A stretch of 32,000 nt of DNA, taken from the IMG/VR virus record IMGVR_UViG_3300045988_032849, positions 6,539 through 38,538 of that record; one strand, written 5' to 3'. A model generated the notes under the pieces. The model was given only the letters and a program-made list of their open reading frames with translations. It ran no database searches and was not told the origin of the DNA. Numbering within the stretch: the stretch's first letter is position 1; the number at the start of each line of letters is the position of its first letter. Made by a program: the position numbers and the translations under genes. Source of the stretch: a virus. Shown here in pieces: positions 1-8,070 of the stretch.

Positions 1-2
1 AT

Positions 3-620
3 GTTTTTCAAAAGCTCGGTCTGGTCGAAGTAATGGATGATGGTGCTATCTATATGTTGCAGATTCAAAACTTCATCGGTAAGAGTTCGACGGAAGCTGA
101 ACGAAAACGACGCTATCGAGACAAAATCAAGCTTGAAAAAAGCGACAACCAAGCGGTTTTAGAAGATGTGGGACATTTGTCCACCATAGGGGTGGGACAT
201 TTGTCCGGACATTCGTCCACCAGAGATAGAGATAGAGATAGAGATAGAGATAGAGATAGAAAAGAGATAGAAGAAGAAGTAGAGGATAGAAAGATATCTT
301 CTGCTACTGCTGATAAATCAGATTTCAATATCTTTGACTATTATCAAAATCGAGTCGGTCTATTAGATGGTTTCCAACTTCAACAGATTGAAGCCTATCA
401 AGCTATTGATGGATTAGAGCCAGATTTAATCAAGATAGCTATTGATAAAGCAGCCGATAATTCTAAACGCTCTTTTGGCTATGTTAACTCTATCTTGAAG
501 TCTTGGGCACAGAATGGAATTAAAACCGTAGCCCAACAGCGAGAGGAACAGAATAGTTTCCAATCCAATAAACCAAATAGCGATAAACCAAAATTTGGTC
601 CAGCTTGTAGCAAACACTAG
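3..620 (+). CDS. Replisome organizer, DnaD-domain protein (5-prime partial; frame is open to the window start)
   Basis: Frame 3 has no stop from nt 3. The C-terminal part (FDYYQNRVG...IEAYQ...SFGYVNSILKSWAQNGIKT) looks like a DnaD domain. The central (RD)n linker is encoded by a hexanucleotide repeat. Confidence 0.8.
   Translation, partial: VFQKLGLVEVMDDGAIYMLQIQNFIGKSSTEAERKRRYRDKIKLEKSDNQAVLEDVGHLSTIGVGHLSGHSSTRDRDRDRDRDRDRKEIEEEVEDRKISSATADKSDFNIFDYYQNRVGLLDGFQLQQIEAYQAIDGLEPDLIKIAIDKAADNSKRSFGYVNSILKSWAQNGIKTVAQQREEQNSFQSNKPNSDKPKFGPACSKH
168..218 (+). repeat. Iteron-like direct repeats GTGGGACATTTGTCC x2 plus a degenerate third copy GGACATTCGTCC (candidate phage ori)
   Basis: Exact 15-mers at 168-182 and 192-206, and a 12-mer with one mismatch at 207-218, all inside the replisome-organizer gene. 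Confidence 0.55.
222..260 (+). repeat. (AGAGAT)6.5 hexanucleotide microsatellite, in frame, encoding (RD)n
   Basis: Direct reading gives agagat repeated 6.5 times. The degenerate continuation aaagagatagaagaagaagtagaggataga runs to about nt 290. Confidence 0.95.
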
Positions 621-631
621 AGGTGATGCTT

Positions 632-1414
632 ATGAGTTTAGAAAGCACAGCTAAGCAAATGCGAAGGCAGTATATGACGGTTAGCGATAAATATTGCGAG
701 AAACATAAACGGCATTATATAACCATTCACATCCCAAGCTCAACCCCTTACACTGCATGCGAGCTATGCCATCGTGAGGAACAAGAACGCTTAAACGCTG
801 TTAAAGCACAAGAGCAGTACGAACGAGAGCAAGAGCAGAAACGCTTGTACTTCCTCAAAGATTTCAGCTTGCTGGATGACGACTTGAAGAATGCTAGCTT
901 TGACAATTACAAGGCAGTAACCAGAGAGCAGAAAGAAGACTTGAAAAATGTCAGAAATCAACTTAAAGGCTATCTTGACGGTCAAGACTACAACATTGTT
1001 TTGATTGGCGATACTGGAGTGGGTAAAAGCCATCTAGCATATTCAGCACTCAAAGCCTTGTCTGATCATACGAAGAAGATGGGGCTATTCATCAACGTGG
1101 TTGACCTATTAGCCAAAATCAAAGAGGACTTCAGTCTTGAAGCCGAATACATCAGACGCATTTCGGAAGCTGAATGGCTAGTGCTCGATGATTTAGGGAC
1201 TGAAAAAGTGACAGAGTGGTCTAACGGTATCTTGTACAGCATTTTGAACAAGCGTACCAAAACTATCATTACCACCAACTTAAGCCCACGGGACATCATG
1301 GGCACTTATGGAAAGCGTGTCTATTCTCGAGTGTTCAAGAAGACAGGACTTGGAACGACGAATGAACATGTTTATCAGTTTAAGACACAACAAGACAAGA
1401 GGATGATGCTTTGA
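632..1414 (+). CDS. DnaC/IstB-like AAA+ helicase loader
   Basis: Walker A is GDTGVGKSH and Walker B is LVLDDLG. AGAGG lies 8 nt upstream of ATG 632; alternative starts are GTG 623 and ATG 626. Confidence 0.85.
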   Translation: MSLESTAKQMRRQYMTVSDKYCEKHKRHYITIHIPSSTPYTACELCHREEQERLNAVKAQEQYEREQEQKRLYFLKDFSLLDDDLKNASFDNYKAVTREQKEDLKNVRNQLKGYLDGQDYNIVLIGDTGVGKSHLAYSALKALSDHTKKMGLFINVVDLLAKIKEDFSLEAEYIRRISEAEWLVLDDLGTEKVTEWSNGILYSILNKRTKTIITTNLSPRDIMGTYGKRVYSRVFKKTGLGTTNEHVYQFKTQQDKRMML

Positions 1415-1608
1415 CAGAAACGGAAGTAAAACTAAAACTCTTTGAAGACTACGAGCGTATTCATGGACTTGTGTTTTCAGAGGAACATAAACAGAAAATG
1501 ATGGATGATTTAGATCTGTATTCGTTTATCGAGAAATTAAACGAATATATGGCGTTCGGCTACCGCTCGAAGGTGGTATTTAATCAGCACGTTCGAAAAC
1601 ACGCCTAA
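1411..1608 (+). CDS. Hypothetical early protein (65 aa)
   Basis: The TTG start overlaps the upstream stop (TTGA). AAGAGGA RBS at 1397-1403. Confidence 0.55.
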   Translation: MTETEVKLKLFEDYERIHGLVFSEEHKQKMMDDLDLYSFIEKLNEYMAFGYRSKVVFNQHVRKHA

Positions 1609-1674
1609 AATTGCACTACACCCCATTAAAATGCGAAATAAGGGCATTCAAAACAAAAAAAGGAAGACAAAGAC

Positions 1675-2430
1675 ATGACAAATCAACTACAAACACAAAA
1701 CAAAAGGGATATTTCAACAGATACAAGTGCTTGGACGTTTCAAGATATTAAACGCTACTACGACCCGCAAGATTTGTTGACAGAAAAACAAGTTGGGCAA
1801 GCTTTATCGCTGATTAAAGGTCGTAACCTCAACCCATTACTAAACGAGGTCTATATCGTAGCTTACAAAAAGAAAAATGGTGGGGCTGAATTTAGCTTAA
1901 TTGTCTCAAAAGAAGCATTCTTGAAGCGTGCAGCACAAAACCCAAACTATGAAGGTTTTGAAGCCGGAGTGGTAGTTGTTGACGATTTTGGTGATATGGT
2001 AGAGCGGAAAGGGACGCTGCTGCTACCTAACGACACGCTCGTCGGTGGCTGGGCAAGAGTTTACCGCAAGAATTTCAAGGTTCCTGTAGAGGTTTTCGTT
2101 AGTCGTGAAGAATACGATAAAAAGCAAAGCACATGGAACGCTATGCCAGCTACCATGATTAGAAAAACCGCTCTTGTCAATGCCTTACGTGAAGCTTTCC
2201 CAGAGGATTTAGGAAATATGTACACTGAGGATGACGGCGGTGAAACATTCGACAGAATCAAGGATGTAACGCCACAAGAGACACAAGAGGATGTTAGAGC
2301 TCGTAAGCTGGCGCAAATCGAACAAATGAAGCAAGAACAAACGCATTTCCAACAAACAAGTGAAAGCAATTCTCAACCGGTTGCCAACTCACAAAACGAG
2401 CCAGTTCAACGCGAACTTCTCGACTATTAA
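1675..2430 (+). CDS. recT: RecT/Bet-family single-strand annealing recombinase
   Basis: Motifs LNPLLNEVYIV, GGWARVYRK and WNAMPATMIRKTALVNALREAFPEDLGNMY are characteristic of the RecT/Bet family. AGGAAG RBS is present. Confidence 0.85.
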   Translation: MTNQLQTQNKRDISTDTSAWTFQDIKRYYDPQDLLTEKQVGQALSLIKGRNLNPLLNEVYIVAYKKKNGGAEFSLIVSKEAFLKRAAQNPNYEGFEAGVVVVDDFGDMVERKGTLLLPNDTLVGGWARVYRKNFKVPVEVFVSREEYDKKQSTWNAMPATMIRKTALVNALREAFPEDLGNMYTEDDGGETFDRIKDVTPQETQEDVRARKLAQIEQMKQEQTHFQQTSESNSQPVANSQNEPVQRELLDY

Positions 2431-2443
2431 CGAGGTGCGAACA

Positions 2444-3454
2444 ATGCAAGAATTACAAGTTAATATTGAACAAGCCAAGGTTGAGATTGTAGGGCAAGAG
2501 GTTTTTGAAAAAGGCATTGCTGATGTAGTTGCTAAGTATCAAAATTACACAGTCACCGCTGGCACTATCAAAGACGACAAGAAAGTCTTGGCTGAATTAC
2601 GAAAATTAACCAAGCAAATTTCAGACGAACGTATCAAAATCAAGAATGAGTTATCAAAACCAGCGACGGATTTTGAAAAATATATCAAGGAAACAGAGAA
2701 ACCTCTTAAAAACATTATCAACCAAATCGCAAATGATGTGAAAGAGTTCGAAAATCATCAAAAAGCACTGAGATTGGACACTGTTAAAAGCTATTTAGCT
2801 AACAAAGCCAGCGACTATATGATTGACACTCGCATTTTTGATGGAAAAGCAACGGAATACATCAAAAATGGCGATTTTATGGCGGACGGTGTAACTCTCA
2901 AAAAAGCGACTATGAAGGCATTAGACGACATGGTTACTTTTGAATATCAAAAACAAGAGGAATTAAAAAAAGCCACTCAATCCATATCCGGACTTTGTTC
3001 AGAGTACGGAATGACCGACCAACCGTATATCCGCATGCTTCAAAATCTGACATTAGCAGAGGTGTTAGATCAGATTCGTTCAGACCATGCTTTTGAATTA
3101 CAAAAGCAAGAAGCTGAACGCCAAAGACAAGAACAAGGAGCGCTACGACAAGCTGAATTACAAAAGCAAAAAGAAAAAATAGTAGAAACAGCACCAACGA
3201 CATTAGTTGTTGATTCAGAAACAGGCGAAATTATCGAAAACACGCCAACAATTGAAGAAGCTAACGTTCCAGAATCAAAACGTTATCGCCAAAAAATGAC
3301 GCTTGAAGTCTACTTTGAAGATTCAGACGATAAAGACAGATTTAAACATTTACTTAGCGAAAACGGTTGGGAATACAAACAAAACTACACTGTCAGCGGC
3401 TATCAAAACATAGCTAGCATGACCGAAGAAGAATTGAAAATACATTTAAGTTAA
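2444..3454 (+). CDS. Coiled-coil phage protein (DUF1351-like, recalled from memory) next to the recombinase
   Basis: ATG 2444 follows CGAGGTG and the recT stop. The upstream extension to 2360 overlaps recT. The protein is K/E-rich and helical. This position between recT and ssb is typical of streptococcal phages. Confidence 0.7.
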   Translation: MQELQVNIEQAKVEIVGQEVFEKGIADVVAKYQNYTVTAGTIKDDKKVLAELRKLTKQISDERIKIKNELSKPATDFEKYIKETEKPLKNIINQIANDVKEFENHQKALRLDTVKSYLANKASDYMIDTRIFDGKATEYIKNGDFMADGVTLKKATMKALDDMVTFEYQKQEELKKATQSISGLCSEYGMTDQPYIRMLQNLTLAEVLDQIRSDHAFELQKQEAERQRQEQGALRQAELQKQKEKIVETAPTTLVVDSETGEIIENTPTIEEANVPESKRYRQKMTLEVYFEDSDDKDRFKHLLSENGWEYKQNYTVSGYQNIASMTEEELKIHLS

Positions 3455-3521
3455 TGCCAAGACCGAAATCTAAACCCGCGTTGGTCAACTTCATCGAGAA
3501 TAAAGAAAAAGGAAAATAAAC

Positions 3522-4025
3522 ATGATCAATAACGTTGTATTAGTTGGGCGCCTTACCCGTGACCCCGAACTAAAATACACAACCAGTAACATCGCAGTAG
3601 CTACATTCAGCCTAGCTGTTAATCGCAACTTCAAGGGCGCTAACAGCGAACGTGAAACGGACTTTATCAACTGCGTTATCTGGCGTCAGCAAGCTGAGAA
3701 TTTGGCTAATTGGGCTAAAAAGGGTGCATTGATTGGTATTACAGGACGCATTCAGACTCGTAGCTATGAGAATCAGCAAGGTCAACGAGTGTATGTCACT
3801 GAGGTAGTCGCTGAGAACTTCCAAATGTTGGAGAGCCGTGCAGCGCGTGAAGGTAGTAGCGCCAATCAAGGCAACACTTCGGGAGCGCTTGGCAATGACG
3901 GCGGCTATGCTGGGCCTTACGGGCAACAAGCACCGCAACAGCAAGGGCCAAACTTTGCAAGAGAAAGCAGCCCATACGGTAATTCAAACCCTATGGATAT
4001 CAGCAGTGACGATTTGCCATTCTAA
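3522..4025 (+). CDS. ssb: Single-stranded DNA-binding protein
   Basis: N-terminal OB fold ([20 protein letters not shown]...), a G/Q/P-rich linker, and the canonical acidic tail DDLPF. Confidence 0.95.
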   Translation: MINNVVLVGRLTRDPELKYTTSNIAVATFSLAVNRNFKGANSERETDFINCVIWRQQAENLANWAKKGALIGITGRIQTRSYENQQGQRVYVTEVVAENFQMLESRAAREGSSANQGNTSGALGNDGGYAGPYGQQAPQQQGPNFARESSPYGNSNPMDISSDDLPF

Positions 4026-4037
4026 TTGGGTGAAAAC

Positions 4038-4499
4038 ATGAAAATGACTTTAAATATCGAGCCTAAACCTCAAACAAGACCACGATTTAGCAAATTTGGG
4101 ACTTATGAAGACCCGAAAATGAAGGCCTGGCGTCGCCAGTGCTCGCAACTTATCGAGCAAGAGTATGAGGGTGATTTCTATGACGGGCCGATTTCAGTCG
4201 ATGTCACCTTCTACATGAAGGCCCCGCTTAATGTGTCGAAGAAACCCACGCCAAAAGCCAGAGCTAAAACGTGGGACACATTCAAGAAATTCATGGATGA
4301 AAGACTTTGGCATGCGAAAATCCCGGACGTTGACAATCTGGTCAAATCGCTCTTTGACAGTGTTTCAAGAGCTGGCTACAACAAAGTTGATAAAAAGGGT
4401 ATCGTCTGGACGGATGACAGTATCGTTTGCGATTTAAGAGCTCGCAAGAAGTACAGCCCTAATCCACGTATTGAATTTGAAATCAAGGAGCTCGAATGA
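4038..4499 (+). CDS. rusA: RusA-family Holliday junction resolvase
   Basis: PKPQTRPRF ... PDVDNLVKSLFDS ... WTDDSIV matches the RusA catalytic Asp pattern. The start is uncertain (4026, 4038 or 4044). Confidence 0.8.
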   Translation: MKMTLNIEPKPQTRPRFSKFGTYEDPKMKAWRRQCSQLIEQEYEGDFYDGPISVDVTFYMKAPLNVSKKPTPKARAKTWDTFKKFMDERLWHAKIPDVDNLVKSLFDSVSRAGYNKVDKKGIVWTDDSIVCDLRARKKYSPNPRIEFEIKELE

Positions 4500-4732
4500 A
4501 TAGCAAGTACAAAGACAAGCTGGTCGGCGTATATGCTCCAGGGAGTTACGACCACACAAGCGTATTAGGTCAAACGCAAGAGTTTTCGAGATGGTTTTGG
4601 GCTAATCACGAAGATATGGAATATATCAGCGCTAAGCTAGGTATCAACGCAAAGAAACTCAATCGCATTCTGACACTGGAGCAGTTACCGGATGAAGAAT
4701 TACTAACAAGGATGATGGAACTATGCAAGTAA
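4496..4732 (+). CDS. Hypothetical early protein (78 aa)
   Basis: ATGA overlap with the rusA stop. Possible HTH-like segment YISAKLGINAKKLNRIL. Confidence 0.6.
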   Translation: MNSKYKDKLVGVYAPGSYDHTSVLGQTQEFSRWFWANHEDMEYISAKLGINAKKLNRILTLEQLPDEELLTRMMELCK

Positions 4733-4893
4733 AGGAATACGCATTATATAAAGGCGAGGAATTGCTGGCTATGGGAACTAAGCGTGAAATAGCTGAACAA
4801 TTGGGTGTGTCAGCTAGCACAATCGGTTATTACGGTACGCCGGTGTATGCTCGCAGAACATCGGATAATGGAAGGAGATTAGTAAAGCTATGA
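4723..4893 (+). CDS. Small HTH-like protein (56 aa, below the ORF-track cutoff)
   Basis: Hand translation: MQVKEYALYKGEELLAMGTKREIAEQLGVSASTIGYYGTPVYARRTSDNGRRLVKL. It fills an otherwise empty gap and overlaps its neighbours in operon style. Confidence 0.5.
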   Translation: MQVKEYALYKGEELLAMGTKREIAEQLGVSASTIGYYGTPVYARRTSDNGRRLVKL

Positions 4894-5048
4894 AATATAA
4901 AGTAATCGTATATTACGACAATATGCCAGACAGTGAGCATATTTTTAGCAACAAGAACGACGCTATCAACGAACTACATCGTTTGAGAGGTGTTAAATAT
5001 CGCAATTCTAGGATGTATACAGTGGAGCTGGTCGAATGCGGTGGATAG
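4890..5048 (+). CDS. Small hypothetical protein (52 aa), paralog 1
   Basis: Hand translation: MKYKVIVYYDNMPDSEHIFSNKNDAINELHRLRGVKYRNSRMYTVELVECGG. GGAAGGAG lies upstream and an ATGA overlap joins it to the previous ORF. Confidence 0.5.
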   Translation: MKYKVIVYYDNMPDSEHIFSNKNDAINELHRLRGVKYRNSRMYTVELVECGG

Positions 5049-5194
5049 TACGAGTAGCACGCACAATGAATGATGTTAAAGAGTGCCATTTTACAGATAA
5101 GAACAAGGCACTGAAACACGTTGAAGCGTTGAAAAAGTTAAGTATGGCAGTAGATGCTACTGTCTGGATGGAGGAAATTAACGATGATGAATAA
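5036..5194 (+). CDS. Small hypothetical protein (52 aa), paralog 2
   Basis: Hand translation: MRWIVRVARTMNDVKECHFTDKNKALKHVEALKKLSMAVDATVWMEEINDDE. Same length and same IV..M.D....F..KN.A pattern as the preceding ORF. Confidence 0.5.
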   Translation: MRWIVRVARTMNDVKECHFTDKNKALKHVEALKKLSMAVDATVWMEEINDDE

Positions 5195-5690
5195 AGATGA
5201 ACAAATACAGAATTTATCAAAGATAGCACGCATTTCAGTATCGTATGCAGAAGACCTATATGACTTTTTCTTCCCTAAACCAGTCGTACCACAATACGTG
5301 GCGGATTGGTATGAGGAGAACAAAGAGGATTTTGAAACGAATTTGTTTAACGATATCTACAATATTTCGAATGTCTATCCCGGTGACAATTTAGGTGAAT
5401 TTGCGGATTGGTTGATGGCTGATGATAGCCACGCACTCATAACCCTCGTCAACATGCACCAGTTCGGCTATGAGGTCGAGAAGGAAACTAGATATACGGT
5501 AAAAATGAAAGGGATCTTCGGACACAGTAAATACCTCAATCGAGATACAAAAACTCAAGTATGGTTTTTTGCATCAAATGAAAGAATTGACGGTTTTAGA
5601 GTTAGACACACCCGCAAAGAGCTTGAAGACGCTGATTTCGGCTGGGTATTCTCTTGTGAAGGCGTGGAAGTGAAAGAGGTGGATGAATGA
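5184..5690 (+). CDS. Hypothetical early phage protein (168 aa)
   Basis: ATG 5184 lies 10 nt after GGAGG (5169-5173). The track start 5154 lacks an RBS and overlaps the upstream small ORF. Confidence 0.7.
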   Translation: MMNKDEQIQNLSKIARISVSYAEDLYDFFFPKPVVPQYVADWYEENKEDFETNLFNDIYNISNVYPGDNLGEFADWLMADDSHALITLVNMHQFGYEVEKETRYTVKMKGIFGHSKYLNRDTKTQVWFFASNERIDGFRVRHTRKELEDADFGWVFSCEGVEVKEVDE

Positions 5691-5872
5691 GCAAGAGAGT
5701 GCAGGCTACAATTTCTAATGATCTATTCACACACATCTTAGTTTTGAAAGAGTACGGAAATTACAAAAGTTTTTCAGCTTTAGTGGAAGAATCGCTTGAA
5801 AAAACAATATCTGAATATAACAAATATCAAAGTTTTAGAGATTATTTAAACATGAGGAAGCGCAATGAATAA
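5687..5872 (+). CDS. Small protein, possible ribbon-helix-helix fold
   Basis: ATGA overlap with the upstream gene. N-terminal beta-strand-like RVQATISNDL is followed by helices (SFSALVEESLEK). Confidence 0.55.
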   Translation: MSKRVQATISNDLFTHILVLKEYGNYKSFSALVEESLEKTISEYNKYQSFRDYLNMRKRNE

Positions 5873-6383
5873 CCTTAGAAATCTACGAAAACAGAAAAAT
5901 CGAACCATCATCGAGGTAGCTGAAGAAATAGGAGTGCCAAAGGTGACGGTTTTAAGTTGGGAACATGGAACCAGTCAAATTGGCATGGGTAAAGCCAAAA
6001 AACTAGCTGAATACCTTGGCGTTAGCGTTGGTTGTCTGTTAGGGCTTGATACACCAGCAAAGGACGGCATCTCAAAGCTCATCGATAAAATCAACCATTG
6101 GGCAGACAGCCGTGGATTAAAGCAAGCAGACCCTAAGATTCAGTGGATGCGTATCACGGAAGAAGTCGGAGAAATTCGGGATGTACTCTTGAAACCGACT
6201 AAATTTACAGAACCGCAAACAGCACTCAAGGACGCTATCGGTGACACGCTAGTAACGATTATCGTGCTAGCACATCAATTAGATCTTGATGTAACTGAGT
6301 GTCTAAGTATTGCATACGAAGAAATTAAGAATAGAAAGGGAAAAATGATTAATGGAACATTCGTCAAAGAAGAGGATTTATAA
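5865..6383 (+). CDS. XRE-type HTH domain fused to a MazG-like nucleotide pyrophosphohydrolase domain
   Basis: N-terminal part: LRNLRKQKNRTIIEVAEEIGVPKVTVLSWEHG...LAEYLGVSVGCLLG (HTH_3-like). C-terminal part: RITEEVGEI ... AIGDTLVTIIVLA ... AYEEIKNRKGKMINGTFVK (MazG-like EEXGE / GD / NRKG pattern). Confidence 0.7.
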   Translation: MNNLRNLRKQKNRTIIEVAEEIGVPKVTVLSWEHGTSQIGMGKAKKLAEYLGVSVGCLLGLDTPAKDGISKLIDKINHWADSRGLKQADPKIQWMRITEEVGEIRDVLLKPTKFTEPQTALKDAIGDTLVTIIVLAHQLDLDVTECLSIAYEEIKNRKGKMINGTFVKEEDL

Positions 6384-6660
6384 CGACCTAGCTATTGCTA
6401 CCGTGCTACTCATGGTATCACTAGCAATTAATATAACTACTGTCTTGCGAGTGGTTAATAGACCGGTGGAAGCTATTGTCGTGCATAAGGCTGATAACGC
6501 CACTGTATTGCATGGAAAAATCACCGGCAAGGAAATGGTCGGAAAACTCTACACGCTTGATTGTGGGGCTTACGGGAAATTCCTTGTAAGCAAGGAACAA
6601 TACGACAGCGTGCAGGTTGGGGATGATATTCCCAGTTATTTGAAAGGACGGGGGCAATGA
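6352..6660 (+). CDS. Small membrane-anchored protein (one N-terminal TM helix)
   Basis: LAIATVLLMVSLAINITTVL is a hydrophobic helix. ATG 6412 is a possible alternative start. The stop overlaps the next start (ATGA). Confidence 0.6.
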   Translation: MEHSSKKRIYNDLAIATVLLMVSLAINITTVLRVVNRPVEAIVVHKADNATVLHGKITGKEMVGKLYTLDCGAYGKFLVSKEQYDSVQVGDDIPSYLKGRGQ

Positions 6661-7031
6661 TACCAAGATTTAGAGCGTGGGATAAAGAGTTTAAAGAGAT
6701 GGTGCAAGTTGACGCACTGGTTTTCGAGGAACAAATTATCAAAGTAACTTACAAAAATGGAAATGTTGTAAAAGAAGACTTAAAAAATTATGTACTCATG
6801 CAATCCACAGGCCTCAAAGACAAGAATGGCAAGGAAATCTTTGAGGGGGATATTATTGATTCAACAGATGGTTTTATTACTGGGGTAGTTGAATTTAGAG
6901 AAGCTTTGGGGATGTTTATCAGTGATTTAGTAGAGTACAACAATTTTGAACGTTTATGCAACGTAGCCAGCTCAAGGAAAATTATCGGGAATATATGGGA
7001 ACATCCAGAATTGGCAGAGGCGAGTTCATGA
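6657..7031 (+). CDS. YopX-family protein
   Basis: MIPRFRAWDK ... LMQSTGLKDKNGKEIFEGDII ... IIGNIWEHPEL is the typical YopX signature. Confidence 0.85.
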   Translation: MIPRFRAWDKEFKEMVQVDALVFEEQIIKVTYKNGNVVKEDLKNYVLMQSTGLKDKNGKEIFEGDIIDSTDGFITGVVEFREALGMFISDLVEYNNFERLCNVASSRKIIGNIWEHPELAEASS

Positions 7032-7738
7032 GCAAAACCTACAAATATTCCGGACTGACACCAGAATTATATCAACGGTTAGTCAGTGAACATGCGGAAC
7101 TGAGAAAAGCGCATAAAAAAGGCTCTTATAAGCAGTTCTTTCAAGAGGTCAAGCAGTGCGATGAGTTACAGGCTCGCATCATTTATCAAGCATTCAACGC
7201 CGCAGTCGTTGAGCGTGCGAGGATATCACCAGCGACAGTCGACAGACTAGAAGGCATTATCTCCGATGAATTATTCAACGACCTTCAAGATTATCTGTCT
7301 ACTAATTACACAAGAGGGAAAACCACTAAACCGGTTTTGGATAAAACCAATGCTGGACTGCCAGAGGGGCTGTTTAAACGGTTTCGTAAGGAAGTGGAAG
7401 AACTACGCAAGGGACATCCTAACAATCTAAATAACTACATTAGAGACGTCAAGGACTGCGACCAGAAAAACGCTAACAGGACCCAAAACGCCCTCAATCT
7501 GTGCTATGCGGGAAAAGCCGCACTAACACCTTTGAAAGCAATTCAAATGGAAGGGCTACTTTCAAGAGAGCTATTTAGTGAGATTATTGATTTCGTTTTC
7601 AATAACTATGAATGGGCCGAGAGGTTGGACAACGAAATTGATCGCATAACCCTAGAATATCGGACCAAAGGCAAGGTAGGGCGTGAGAAGACCACGGTCA
7701 GAAAAGCTCTATATAAAGCCTACATGTTAGGCGTGTAG
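7028..7738 (+). CDS. Hypothetical protein built of two homologous roughly 85-aa repeats
   Basis: ATG 7028 overlaps the yopX stop. The repeats align: GLTPELYQRL..ELRKAH..VKQCD..EGIISDELF..NY versus GLPEGLFKRF..ELRKGH..VKDCD..EGLLSRELF..NY. Confidence 0.7.
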   Translation: MSKTYKYSGLTPELYQRLVSEHAELRKAHKKGSYKQFFQEVKQCDELQARIIYQAFNAAVVERARISPATVDRLEGIISDELFNDLQDYLSTNYTRGKTTKPVLDKTNAGLPEGLFKRFRKEVEELRKGHPNNLNNYIRDVKDCDQKNANRTQNALNLCYAGKAALTPLKAIQMEGLLSRELFSEIIDFVFNNYEWAERLDNEIDRITLEYRTKGKVGREKTTVRKALYKAYMLGV

Positions 7739-7783
7739 CTAGAACGGTTTATGAGGGTTCGACTCCCTTGCTAGCTATTACCA
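7736..7783 (+). other. tRNA 3-prime-half-like minihelix A (acceptor-like stem, canonical T-arm, then ..CCA)
   Basis: T-stem GAGGG/CCCTT (7753-7757 / 7765-7769) with loop TTCGACT. Flanking TAGCTAG (7736-7742) pairs with CTAGCTA (7771-7777). CCA at 7781-7783. Confidence 0.45.
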
Positions 7784-7955
7784 GTAAATCTAAATATAGA
7801 ATCGAGGAATCCTTTATTTTTTCATTCAAATCAAGCTGAAGCGTGACTGGTCGTGGATGCTACCAAAATCCAGTAAATAATAAGTTATAGAATCGAGGAA
7901 CCTTTTTTATTTCGTTCACAAATCTAAAGCGTCCTTACTGGTGGCGTGATTCTTC
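7781..7955 (+). repeat. Diverged tandem direct repeat, period 89 bp (two copies)
   Basis: Copy 1 spans 7781-7869 and copy 2 starts at 7870. Shared blocks are CCAGTAAAT, TATAGAATCGAGGAA, a T-rich tract, AAATC, AAGCGT and ACTGGT.G.G..T.CT. Confidence 0.7.
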
Positions 7956-8024
7956 AAGGCGTATGCCTGCAATTAGATATAGGTCAGAAATCTCCATAAT
8001 TCACCTAATTAATTCTTGTATTAT

Positions 8025-8051
8025 TTCAAAAAACGAAAGGGGAATATCCCC
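8025..8051 (-). terminator. Minus-strand intrinsic terminator
   Basis: Hairpin GGGGA-ATA-TCCCC (8039-8051). On the minus strand it is followed by TTTCGTTTTTTGAA. Confidence 0.5.
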
Positions 8052-8070
8052 GATAATGATTTCACTATAT

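Noticed and set aside
113-328. 71-aa minus-strand ORF rich in LSLSLS
   Set aside because: It is the antisense translation of the AGAGAT microsatellite, lying inside a well-supported plus-strand DnaD-domain gene. It has no RBS.
2360-2443. Longer N-terminal extensions suggested by the ORF track (2360, 5154, 6956, 8984, 27391, 27752)
   Set aside because: Each extension overlaps the preceding gene by 30-90 nt and lacks an RBS. An internal ATG preceded by a Shine-Dalgarno sequence sits right at the upstream stop codon.
7705-7777. Full-length 72-nt tRNA ending in tRNA-like element A
   Set aside because: Only the T-arm fits. The acceptor stem gives 4 of 7 pairs. The D-arm lacks the G18-G19 context. 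The anticodon stem gives 3 of 5 pairs and position 33 is A rather than U. The 5-prime half lies within the preceding CDS. It is kept only as a tRNA-like remnant or minihelix.
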